This document shows, in pieces, positions 29,843 to 40,597 of a DNA stretch of 64,000 nt. The number at the start of each line of letters is the position of its first letter. Within the stretch, counting starts at the first letter, position 1. A model generated the notes under the pieces. It ran no database searches. It was given only the letters and a program-made list of their open reading frames with translations, and had not been told where the DNA came from. Source of the stretch: Eledone cirrhosa (lineage: Eukaryota); assembly GCA_964016885.1 (NCBI GenBank), contig OZ024746.1:9486001-9550000 (forward strand), in the 5' to 3' direction. Made by a program: the position numbers and the translations under genes.

Positions 29843-30261
29843 GTATATATATATGGGAGTATATATATATATATGTATATATAGGTCTCTAAAAGGAAAC
29901 CTTGATTTTATAATGTAATTTATACTTGAAAGTCACAGTTTTCAACAAAACTGAACAATTCAATGTCTACAGAAAGCAATTTCTTGAACTGCACAAAGAA
30001 AAGAACTTCAATCTTTTATTAAAAGTTTTCTTCAGAGATGAATCATATTTTCCACTTCCACTAGATAGACATTACAAATGCATAAAATAAAATAAAATGT
30101 TCAAGAAATATTGCATATAATGGAGAAAACTGTTTGGAAATACAGGGAGGCAGGGCATTTTATGAGTCAAGTTATTGAGCACTCATTATATATGGGTGGT
30201 GTCTATAGGTAATTATATCTTCAAATGTTTGCTAGAAACATGGCTACATATCCAGAGACAT

Positions 30262-30615
30262 GTATATATAGTATGTATATATAGTATGTATATATAGTAT
30301 GTATATATAGTATGTATATATAGAATGTATATATAGAATGTATCTATAGTATGTATATATATAGTATGTATATATATATATATATATAGTATGTATATAT
30401 ATATATAGTATGTATATATATAGTATGTATATATATAGTATGTATGTGTAACAGGTTGGTAATACACGAACAGTGACATATTCTAATGATTGCATAACTA
30501 CAACCTATGGTTATGTGTGTGTATGTGTGTATGTGTGTATATATATTTATAATTATGTGTGTGTGTATATGTATATATGTGTGTATATATATTTATATAT
30601 ATGTGTATGTGTATA

Positions 30616-30672
<57 letters not shown>

Positions 30673-30821
30673 GTGTATATATATATGTATATATATATGG
30701 GTGTATATATATATGTATATATATATGGGTGTATTTATATATGTATATATATGGGTGTATATATATATATATATATATGGGTGTATATATTTATATGTAT
30801 ATATATATATATGGGTGTATA

Positions 30822-30885
<64 letters not shown>

Positions 30886-30891
30886 TGTATA

Positions 30892-30938
<47 letters not shown>

Positions 30939-30949
30939 GTATATATATG

Positions 30950-30984
<35 letters not shown>

Positions 30985-30999
30985 GTATATATATGTATG

Positions 31000-31036
<37 letters not shown>

Positions 31037-31039
31037 GTG

Positions 31040-31070
<31 letters not shown>

Positions 31071-31120
31071 GTGTATATATGTATATATATGTATATATAT
31101 ATATATATGTATATATATAT
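30262..31120. repeat. (TATATAGTATG)n then (TA/TG)n microsatellite field
   Basis: Direct reading. Confidence 0.9.
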
Positions 31121-32024
31121 CATCATCATCATCATCATTTTACGTCCGCTTTTCCCTGCTTGCAAGGGTGGGACGGGTCTTATTCAGCACAGCATCTCTC
31201 CACTCGTCACGGTTCCTCGTCATCTCCACCGTGAGCTTCAATGATCTGAGGTCTGTTCTCACCACCTCCGCCCATGTTTTTCGTGGTCTACCTCTACTAC
31301 GTCTTCCTTCAACTGGCATTTCCTGGCACTTCTTCACCCATCGGTCATCCTCCATGCGCATCACATGTCCATACCACCTCAGTCTCCTCTCCCGTACACT
31401 ACATTCTATCCCTCTCAGACACAGTTTCTCTCTCAACACATTTATGCTGGGTCGTTCACGCACATTTACACTGCACATCCAACGGAGCATGCTTGCATCA
31501 TTTCTCTCCAGCCGTCGCATATCTTCTGCGGTAGCTGCCCATGTCTCACTACCATGCAGCATCGCGCTCCTCACACAGGCATCATACAACCGGCCTTTCG
31601 TACGCAGGGAGAAACCCTTCTTCGTCAACAGAGGAAGCAGCTCCCTAAACTTCTTCCAACCCGTCCTTATTCTAGATACTATGGCCTCGGAACACCCTCC
31701 TCCCATGCTAATCTGATCTTCTAGGTACCGGAAGCTATCCACCACTTCTATAGCGCCCTCTCGCATTTGAAAAATGTGTCTATCAGTGCGACTTCTACTG
31801 TCTAATTTCCCTGTACATCTACTGCATACATATTTCTCCCTACCTGTTAGTTTGCCTGCTATCCCGCTACATCTCTTGTGTACCCAGGACCTACATTGTG
31901 TGCATTTTATAGAATTTATGCCAGTTCCTTTTCTGCATATCGAACATGGCCATTTCCCTGACGGAATCAGGGTTTTGTCCTCTTTTCTACTCATCAACAC
32001 TTTTGTCTTAGCTAGATTTACTTA
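31121..32024 (-). mobile_element. 5'-truncated young RTE-clade LINE; uninterrupted ORF remnant 31140-32000 with PHD-like finger; (GAT)n tail
   Basis: 286-aa open frame: [64 protein letters not shown]; the stop codon abuts the (GAT)n tail. Confidence 0.95.
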
Positions 32025-32074
32025 GCTATATATATATATATATATGTATATATATGTATATATGTATATATATG

Positions 32075-32129
<55 letters not shown>

Positions 32130-32243
32130 GTATATATGTATATATATGTATATATATATGTATATATATGTATATATATATATGTACATATATATATATA
32201 TATTATATGTATATATATATATATATGTATATATATATAAATG

Positions 32244-32302
<59 letters not shown>

Positions 32303-32333
32303 GTATATATGTATATATATATGTATATATATA

Positions 32334-32480
32334 TCATCATCATCATTATCATCATCGTTTAACGTCCGTGTTCCATGCTTGCATGGGTTTGGACGGGAGT
32401 TTTCCCACTTGAGGCAAGAGTGGTTGTCTTGCTCGCATAGGACTGTCTGGCGGGTTTTCTACAGTTGGATGCCCTTCCTA
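32334..32480 (-). mobile_element. Short 3' end of the RTE family seen at 1263-2024
   Basis: Reverse complement matches ~1878-2024. Confidence 0.85.
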
Positions 32481-32667
32481 ATATATGTATATATATATAT
32501 GTATATATATATGTATATATATATATATGTATATATATAATGTAGGAGGTGAGTTTTATTGTAGTACAATAAAGCAATGCAGATATCGGATAAGAAGCAC
32601 TCTACAATTTGTAGGACTGGAGTATGCATAATATAAGATCAAAAGATGGTTAAAGGAGTTCCATGTA

Positions 32668-32734
32668 TTTTATTATGCGCATTTCAAAAACAAACATCAT
32701 CATGCAATAATATTTGTGTTTTCATCAGATAAAA
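32668..32734 (-). ncRNA. Type I hammerhead ribozyme (family B), minus-strand copy
   Basis: Reverse complement: ttttat-CTGATGA-stem II-GAAA-TGCGCA-TA-ataaaa. Confidence 0.75.
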
Positions 32735-32844
32735 CAGGAGAACATGATATGAAGGCTAAAAAACACTTGTGGATAGTGCAGATATGTTGATTTAAAACTG
32801 CACTATCCACAAGTGTTTTTTAGCCTTCATATCATGTTCTCCTG

Positions 32845-32911
32845 TTTTATCTGATGAAAACACAAATATTATTGCATGATGATGTTTGCTTTTGAAATGC
32901 GCATAATAAAA
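32845..32911 (+). ncRNA. Type I hammerhead ribozyme (family B), plus-strand copy
   Basis: Stem I ttttat/ataaaa; CTGATGA 32851-57; AU-rich stem II; GAAA 32894-97; palindromic TGCGCA; predicted AUA cut after 32905. Confidence 0.75.
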
Positions 32912-32964
32912 TACATGGAACTCCTTTAACCATCTTTTGATCTTATATTATGTATATATATATG

Positions 32965-33011
<47 letters not shown>

Positions 33012-33133
33012 GTATATATATAGTATTTACGTATGGAGAAAGAGGAAAAAAAGGGGGATATATAATGAACCTTGATGTGGATTTAACACCAAAAACTCTC
33101 TCCGAGCAATATAAGGAAAACTTGTGATTATTT

Positions 33134-33188
33134 ATGCCCTTGAGAAGCCCAACTGGGCGAAACGTACGTAGGTGCTGTTTTAAATAAA
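33134..33188 (+). ncRNA. Hammerhead variant (family C)
   Basis: C-TTGAGAA-gccc/aact/gggc-GAAA-CGTACG-TA-gg; perfect 4-bp GC stem II; palindromic stem III; weak stem I; AATAAA at ~33183. Confidence 0.55.
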
Positions 33189-33234
33189 CATGTTTTAACG
33201 GTCTATTCTCCAATTTTTTACTTTCCCACGTATG

Positions 33235-33315
<81 letters not shown>

Positions 33316-33600
33316 GGGTGTATATATATATGTATATATATATGGGTATATATATATATGTATATATATATGGGTGTATATATATATGTATATATATATG
33401 GGTGTATATATATATGTATATATATATGGGTGTATATATATATGTATATATAGATTTTGAGTTTATGTTGGTTGTATACCAACACCTCAGTATGCAGGCT
33501 GAAGCACTCGACGAAGTGCGCAGGTTGGTTTGGTTACTCCGGAGTAGTGTAAAATAAAGTTAAATAAAAGTCAAATGATTAAAATTTAGCTTCGTTTATT

Positions 33601-33655
33601 ACTGCTATATATATTTCAGTGACAGCCATCTTTGGCTGTGACCTCTTCAGGCAGT
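33601..33655 (-). ncRNA. Type I hammerhead ribozyme (family D), intact copy
   Basis: Reverse complement: actgc-CTGAAGA-ggtcacagcc/aaagat/ggctgtcact-GAAA-tatata-TA-gcagt, then AATAAA. Confidence 0.8.
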
Positions 33656-33689
33656 TTGAATTAGTATGGTATATACCATACTAATTCAA

Positions 33690-33744
33690 ACTGCCTGAAG
33701 AGGTCACAGCCAAAGATGGCTGTCACTGAAATATATATAACAGT
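33690..33744 (+). ncRNA. Type I hammerhead ribozyme (family D) with a stem I mismatch next to the cleavage site
   Basis: As above but A at 33740 instead of G; AATAAA at 33745-33750. Confidence 0.7.
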
Positions 33745-33969
33745 AATAAACGAAGCTAAATTTTAATCATTTGACTTTTATTTAACTTTATTTTATATGT
33801 ATATATATATGGGTGTATATATATATGTATATATATATATATGGGTGTATATATATATGTATATATATGGGTGTATATATATATATGTATATATATATGG
33901 GTGTATATATTTATATATGTATATATATATGTGTGTGTATATATATATATGTATATATATATGTGTGTG

Positions 33970-34021
<52 letters not shown>

Positions 34022-34023
34022 CC

Positions 34024-34056
<33 letters not shown>

Positions 34057-34081
34057 ATATATATATATGTATATATATATA

Positions 34082-34188
<107 letters not shown>

Positions 34189-34694
34189 ATATATATATAT
34201 GTATACATGTGTGTGTGTATTGAAAGTTCTATGATCTTTAAATCTCATGTTTTAACTTCAGAGAAAAGAAAGATATTTGTAGTAAAATAACTAAATGTAC
34301 ACATTAGAAGGATGCTTTCTATCTGTTAACTTCTCTCACTCTCACTCCAGTCTTTATTTTCTTTATTATTGTTGCTATTATAAATAGAATGATAAAATAA
34401 CCATAGTTGAATTATATATCTGTGCATGGAAGAATTGAAAACTTGCTATAAGTTGGGAAAGTTATGCAATGCTATAACAGAGCAATGTAATAAACAATTA
34501 TATGTCTATCTTTAACTATTAACCTCTGTCACTCTCCCTTTATCCTTTTCTCATTCTCATATTTATTCTGTTTATTACTGCCATTATTTTAGATATATGT
34601 TATCTTCACCAACATATAAATTAGCCACATACACAGCCATGTCTATAGTTATGTGTATATACATATATAACTATATACATACACATATATATAG

Positions 34695-35225
34695 AGATAG
34701 ATAGATAAATTTCTTTATTAGCCACAAGGGCACAAAAGAAGGGGACAAATACAAATGGGGAGTTTACATACAGGTATATGAAAATAAAACTATTAATACA
34801 ATAACAAATAACAATTGAAATCCCCAATAGAGGGGAGGTGTTACACAGGGGTTGTACACACCCCGAAAAAATGTACAACCCTCATCTCCAGGAGCACCAA
34901 GAGTGAGTACTCCCCTCCTCTCTTCCTCTTTTTCCTCAACCTACAGGCTGATATAGAGAGAAGACCCAACCACTCAGGCCATCTTTGCCACATTCCCCCA
35001 CCTTTTATAAAATTTGCTGAGGTACAGCACCTCTCTCTCCATCCTGATTCTTCTTGCAAAATGATATTTGAAAAAACGAATCAGTTGCACGCCGGAGAGA
35101 AAGGTGTCTGACCTCAGCCCTTTTAACCTCGTCCACAACATAACCTCTTTCACCATAGCCATAACACATAGGAAAACCGCCTCTCCCTCGTTTTTGAAGG
35201 AGGGTGGCGGTTTGATCATGACAAT
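34695..35225 (-). mobile_element. 3' end of Tx1/L1-like LINE
   Basis: Minus-strand peptide AMVKEVMLWTR...QLIRFFKYHFARRIRMERE...FYKRW; UTR ends GTGGCTAATAAAGAAAT then (TATC)n. Confidence 0.7.
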
Positions 35226-35789
35226 GATAGATAGGTAGATAGTTATACAGACAGGTAGGTTATGTACACACACACACACACACACATGCCCCCTAGATAG
35301 ATATGAGTGTGTGTACATATATATACATGTTTATGTGTGTGTGTGTATGTGTGTGTGTGTGTGTTTTTATGAATATATCATTATCATTTAATGTACACTT
35401 TCTCTGCTAGCAAGGTTTGAATTTCCCATATATGTTTGTGTATATATATATGTGTATATATATGTGAGTGTGTATACAAAGATTAATAAATGGAAATATC
35501 TGCTTAGTTTTGACTAAACAAGATGATGGGAAGCTAAATGTGTTGTGAGGTCCAGAGGGGGAGAAAGAGAGAGAGGAAGGTAAAAAAAACCCAGCTACAA
35601 TGCCTAGCGGTTTCAGCTTGAATTCTGCAAGAGTTTGCAAGGATGTACATCCTTGAAAAGGCTTGCTGAATACTACAGAAACTATTAGGCATTGCCATCA
35701 TGTTTTTACATTCCTCTATACCCACTCTGTTTCTTGACATGCCTAGAGTACTCCCTTGATTTGTGGTCTTTTCGGTCTCAGCATTGTAG

Positions 35790-35980
35790 ACTTATATAAA
35801 AAAGCATCCAGCACTCACTGCAAATGAGGTTGGCTTTAGGAAGGGCATCCAGCTGTAATCAAACCAAAATCAGTTCTGTATGAGGAAGACATGGTCACCC
35901 AACCTAGCATTGCCCACAACAGGACAACCTGTTTAACCCATGCTAGCGTGGAAGAATGGACATAAAACGATGATGATGAT
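35790..35980 (+). mobile_element. (GAT)n-tailed SINE/RTE-UTR family copy
   Basis: GGTTGGCTTTAGGAAGGGCATCCAGCTGTA...CCCATGCTAGCGTGGAAGAATGGACATAAAACGATGATG. Confidence 0.75.
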
Positions 35981-36274
35981 TATATATATATATATATAAA
36001 TCAGGATAGAATCAGTTTGAAACTAGTTAGGCCATTACTCAACATAGAACTCCATACTTGGGGTAGTAGAGTAGAGTTATATTATATAGTCAGGATCCAA
36101 TGAGTGAGCTGTTGCTGTTCCAGACCGAACAGCTATTTCCAGACTCTCTCTCTCTATATATATGTATATATAATGCTCATGTATGTATGTATGTATGTAT
36201 ATATATATCATCATCATCATCATCATCCTCGTTTAACGTCCACTTTCCACGCTAGCATGGGTTAGACATGGGTT

Positions 36275-36314
<40 letters not shown>

Positions 36315-36730
36315 TCATCATCATCATCATCATTTTACATTCGCTTTTCCCTGCTTACAAGGGTGGGAAAATTACTCAACAGATAACTCGATACTTGGGG
36401 TAGTAGAGTAGGGTTATATATTATATATATATTATATATATATATATATATTATATATATATATATGTGTGTGTGTGGGTGTGCGTGTGTGTGTGTGTGT
36501 GCCCATCCATACATGGATACTTATCATAAATGAATAGTTAAGAAGTACACTCCATGGCATGTCTTTTTACGAGAACTTTAATTTATACAAGCCATGTGAG
36601 TGAATGTGTGTAGGTACAAGGTCTGGTGGGATTAATTGTAACTGTAATTCAAAGACCCAGCCTTGTCACAAATTGTGTATATAAACATGGGCGTGTGTAC
36701 ACATATATAGCCACTTGTATATATATATAT

Positions 36731-36784
<54 letters not shown>

Positions 36785-36956
36785 CACAGATTTGATCTCT
36801 CTTTCACCCTGAACCACCTTGCATAATCTGGGGAGATGGTCATAAATGGACCTTGAAACCTTAGGTAGCACTTTTTCTTCTGTATGTATGAATGTGCAGC
36901 CATCATATATATATATATATATATATATCATCATCATCATTTTACGTCATATATAT

Positions 36957-37290
36957 GAAGGTGCATGGCTTAGTGGTTAGAGCATTGGGCTTGCAATGGA
37001 GAAGTTGTGAGTTTGGTTCTTGGACCAGGTGATGCATCGTGTCCTTGAGCAAGACACTTTATTTCACGTTGCTCCAGTTAACTCAGTTTTAGAAATGAGA
37101 TGTGACGTCACTGGTGCCAAGCTGTATCGGTCAGTGCCTTTCCCTTGGACAACATTGGTAGCGTGGAGAGGGGGGAGGCTGGTATGCATGGGTGACTGCT
37201 GGTCTTCCACAAAAACACACTTGCCCAGGCTTGTGCCTTGGAGGGAGGTGCAAAACCATGATCATTCGTGACCAAGTGGGACCAAAGCAC
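36957..37290 (+). mobile_element. Full-length tRNA-derived SINE
   Basis: TGGCTTAGTGG A box, degenerate B box, GTCCTTGAGCAAGACACTTTATTTCAC core; flanked by (TA)n. Confidence 0.85.
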
Positions 37291-37321
<31 letters not shown>

Positions 37322-37325
<4 letters not shown>

Positions 37326-37660
37326 ATCATCATCACCGTTTTACGTCCGTTCTTCCACGCTAGCATGGGTTAGATGGGTTGTCCTGTTGTGGGCAGTGTC
37401 TGGTCAGCTGACTATGCCTTGCTCATATGGGAACTGATTTGGCTTGATTTCTACAGCTGGATGCCCTTCCTAACACCAACCTCATTTACAGTGAGTGCTG
37501 GGGGCTTTTTTGTGGCGCCTACACGTCTACTTTACAGTGTGGGCTGGGTCCTTTTTTTCCATGGCACCTCTGTCTATATGCTTCAGCTTGTACCCATGGG
37601 AGGTCGGGTACTCTGTATTACTGCGTGATGCCAGAGGTCACGGTCGTGTGTCATCGCCTT
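37322..37660 (-). mobile_element. (CAT)n-tailed SINE/RTE-UTR family copy
   Basis: Reverse complement homologous to 35790-35980 and 14335-14585. Confidence 0.75.
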
Positions 37661-37745
<85 letters not shown>

Positions 37746-38297
37746 CATATATATATATATATGAGACAGAGAGAGACACGTGTATATCCATGTATACTTA
37801 TGTGTATACATATATGTGTATATGCATGTATACTTATATGTGTATATGTATGTATTTATATATATGGCTATAGATTTATATAGGTATTGTATTTATCTAT
37901 GTATATATTAAAACATGTAAATATATGTGCATGCATTTGTGTGCTCATGTCTGTGTGTGTGTGTGCGTGCACATGCACACACAAACAGACACACACATAT
38001 AGGGACACACAAGCATACACTTTTCTAACATCTCTCAATTCAACACTTTCTTTAGAAATTGCTGAAGAGGATTGATTTTTCTTTTTGTTGTCCCCACCCC
38101 CATCTTTTTATTATTATTATTATTATTTTTCTTATTTATTTATTTTATATTTTTTAAATTATTTTCTTCTTTATTTATTGGCAAGGAGCTGTTTGACAGG
38201 AATTTAATTCCTCTTATATCCAGAAGATGGTGTCTCATTCGTCATTGATTGTAAAATGAGAATTTTTCAGTGAAATTCAATATACAGATATTTGGTA

Positions 38298-38338
<41 letters not shown>

Positions 38339-39424
38339 TTCTCTCTTTCACTCTCTCTGACCTCCCCCTCTCTCTCTCTTTTTCTCTCTCTCCCTCTCTT
38401 TCACCCCCCTCTCTCCTCCCTCTCTCCCTCTTTCTCTCTCTCCCCCTCCTCCCTCTCTCCTCTCTTTCTCTCTCTCTCACAAAACTTTACCCCAACAATG
38501 TTAGAATTTTTTAATTTTATTATTTTTGTCTTTTTCTTACCTATGTGTTAGCATTTAGTCTTGCAGTTGCTTTATTATTGGAATTATTTTAGTTTTTGTA
38601 ATTATTCTTTTTTGTTATCCTGAACTCCACCACCAAACCTCTCCCGTATCACCTCCACTACCATCTTTGTCAGTATATTGACAATCCTGTGGCTGAACCA
38701 ACTACTTTGTTAAATGATAAAATAAAAACATATACATATAATGTGCAGGTTTATGTGTGTGCACGTGCACATGTATGTGTGTATTGCTGTCAATAGCAAA
38801 TTTTGTTTTAACAAGGTATGGTTCAGCTTGTATTGGAGTTTTTACAGATTGTCAATACTTTTATTTAGTGTCTGACAAGTAATTTGCAAATCTGATCAAT
38901 AATAAAAAATAAACGAAATTATGAAATACTTTAAACATACACACACACACACACACACATTTATATCCACATGTATTAACAAATTTCAAAATAATGACAT
39001 GCATGTATACATACTTCTCTATACACAAGTCACGGAGGAAGATTCAACTTCTATTGTAATTTTGAAATTACATCCAGGTATATCCACCTCACTTCTAGAA
39101 GAAAACATTTAATTTTACTAAAATTAGCTGTCTTTATAAAAACCAGGAAACATAAAAAAGAAAGTAAATAATGACAAGATTAATCTATTTAATGTTTTCT
39201 TCCATAGATCTGTAGAAGTATGTTTCGATCTTAAATATAGTATGCTTGTTTGTAAGTGCCAATAATCATCAGTTAAATGTAGTGTTGTTTATAGTATTTG
39301 TATGCAGTAGCAGGAACCACATAACAGGTTTTAGTTTAAAATAATGTTTAGTTAAAGCAACCAGATCGAGGTGAATAAAAGTTATGAAAAAATATTAATA
39401 TAGTTAGTTTTTCTTTTATCTCTG

Positions 39425-39710
39425 TTGTTCCTGCACACTAACATTACACATCCACCAGAGCATGCTTGCATCACTTCCTTTTAGTATTTATGAATCTTCT
39501 GCATTCATGGCTCATGTCACACTACCATCAGTATCTTACTTTTTACACAAGCATCATACAATTTTCTGTCATTCTAAAAGCAAACCCCCTTCGTTGTAAT
39601 AGCTTACCTGAACGTTTTTTTAATCGATTCTTAATCTAGCTAGTATATTTTTAGAGCAACACCATCTAATGTTAATTACATCACCAATTACATGCCTTTC
39701 TGTCAAGGAA
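39425..39710 (-). pseudogene. Decayed RTE LINE fragment
   Basis: Homologous to 31470-31740 (DASMLxWMC, LYDACV motifs). Confidence 0.7.
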
Positions 39711-39742
39711 AACATGTTAAATAATGTTGATGATATATATAC

Positions 39743-39817
<75 letters not shown>

Positions 39818-39857
39818 GTTATTCCAGGTTGAATCGGAGGTAACCACAGTTAGATTA

Positions 39858-39910
39858 GAGATTCCTGATGATTTCTAAAGAATGAAACAGTTCTAGTCCT
39901 GTAGAATCTC
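39858..39910 (+). ncRNA. Type I hammerhead ribozyme (family A)
   Basis: gagattc-CTGATGA-tttctaaagaat-GAAA-cag/ttctagtc/ctg-TA-gaatctc; 7-bp stem I; GUA site; weak stem II. Confidence 0.72.
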
Positions 39911-39995
39911 ATCTATATATATATATATATATATATATTTCGTTTCTGAATTTGTTTAGCAAGATTCTTTATCTGAAAACGTGTGTTTGAAACTG

Positions 39996-40083
39996 ATATT
40001 GTTATACTTTGGGAGGGTCATGTTGCCATGCTGGTGCGTGTGTTTCTTATTGGCAACATGACCCTCCCAAAGTATAACAATAT
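39996..40083. repeat. Perfect 33-bp inverted repeat with 22-nt loop
   Basis: ATATTGTTATACTTTGGGAGGGTCATGTTGCCA ... TGGCAACATGACCCTCCCAAAGTATAACAATAT. Confidence 0.9.
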
Positions 40084-40188
40084 ATATATATATATATATA
40101 TATATTGAGTTAGAAACTCAAAATAGTCTCTTACAATTAAATAGCTCAAAGAAAGGTTTTTCTGAGCTGTGTAATATAATTGAATATA

Positions 40189-40597
40189 AAAGAAAGATAA
40201 ACACAGATATAAACATGTGTTCAAATTGTAAGGGACTAGATTTGCTAGGGTGAAAAAAATACTAACTATTAACAATAGGGTTTGCCAGACTCAATTTAAA
40301 GTAATAAATCAAGAAAAGAAATACAAACCGATATTGGAGTGAAGGTTTTACTAATTTTACACCCACTGATGAGCAAAGAATTGGTAATTCCCTTCGCTAA
40401 AATTGCGAAACAGCTTACCAAATGCTGTCTGGATGTCCGGCAGTTGCCCAATATCGGTTTGTATTTCTTTTCTTGATTTATTTTAAATTGAGTCTGGCAA
40501 ACCCTATTGTTAATAGTTAGTATTTTTTTCACCCTAGTGAATCTGATCCCTTACAATTTGAACACATGTATGTATATATCTGTGTTTATCTTTCTTT
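40189..40597. repeat. Long inverted repeat, ~150-bp arms (40189-40337 / 40448-40597), 110-nt spacer containing a hammerhead
   Basis: Arms are reverse complements with a few substitutions and indels. Confidence 0.93.
40359..40436 (+). ncRNA. Canonical type I hammerhead ribozyme (family E)
   Basis: acaccca-CTGATGA-gcaa/26 nt/ttgc-GAAA-cagc/9 nt/gctg-TC-tggatgt; all core residues present; G10.1-C11.1 pair; GUC site, predicted cut after 40429. Confidence 0.85.

Larger units (their letters stand above)
32627..32952. repeat. Long palindrome: 155-bp arms, 16-nt spacer (32782-32797), one mismatch
   Basis: Arms compared base by base; only position 32889 differs. Confidence 0.95.
33550..33795. repeat. 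Spacerless palindrome, 123-bp arms, centre 33672|33673, one mismatch
   Basis: GGTAT|ATACC centre; arms differ only at 33605/33740. Confidence 0.95.

Noticed and set aside
30559-31716. 385-aa plus-strand ORF
   Set aside because: Microsatellite fused to the antisense frame of the RTE fragment
32889-33740. Arm mismatches in two palindromes are both transitions (possible A-to-I editing footprint)
   Set aside because: Only two events, and transitions are the commonest mutation type
36085-36148. Minus-strand hairpin GCTGTTC/GAACAGC in a family-A-like context
   Set aside because: Both CUGAnGA and GAAA core segments are absent or corrupted
36957-37030. tRNA gene-like A/B boxes
   Set aside because: No cloverleaf and continues into a SINE core; it is a SINE head
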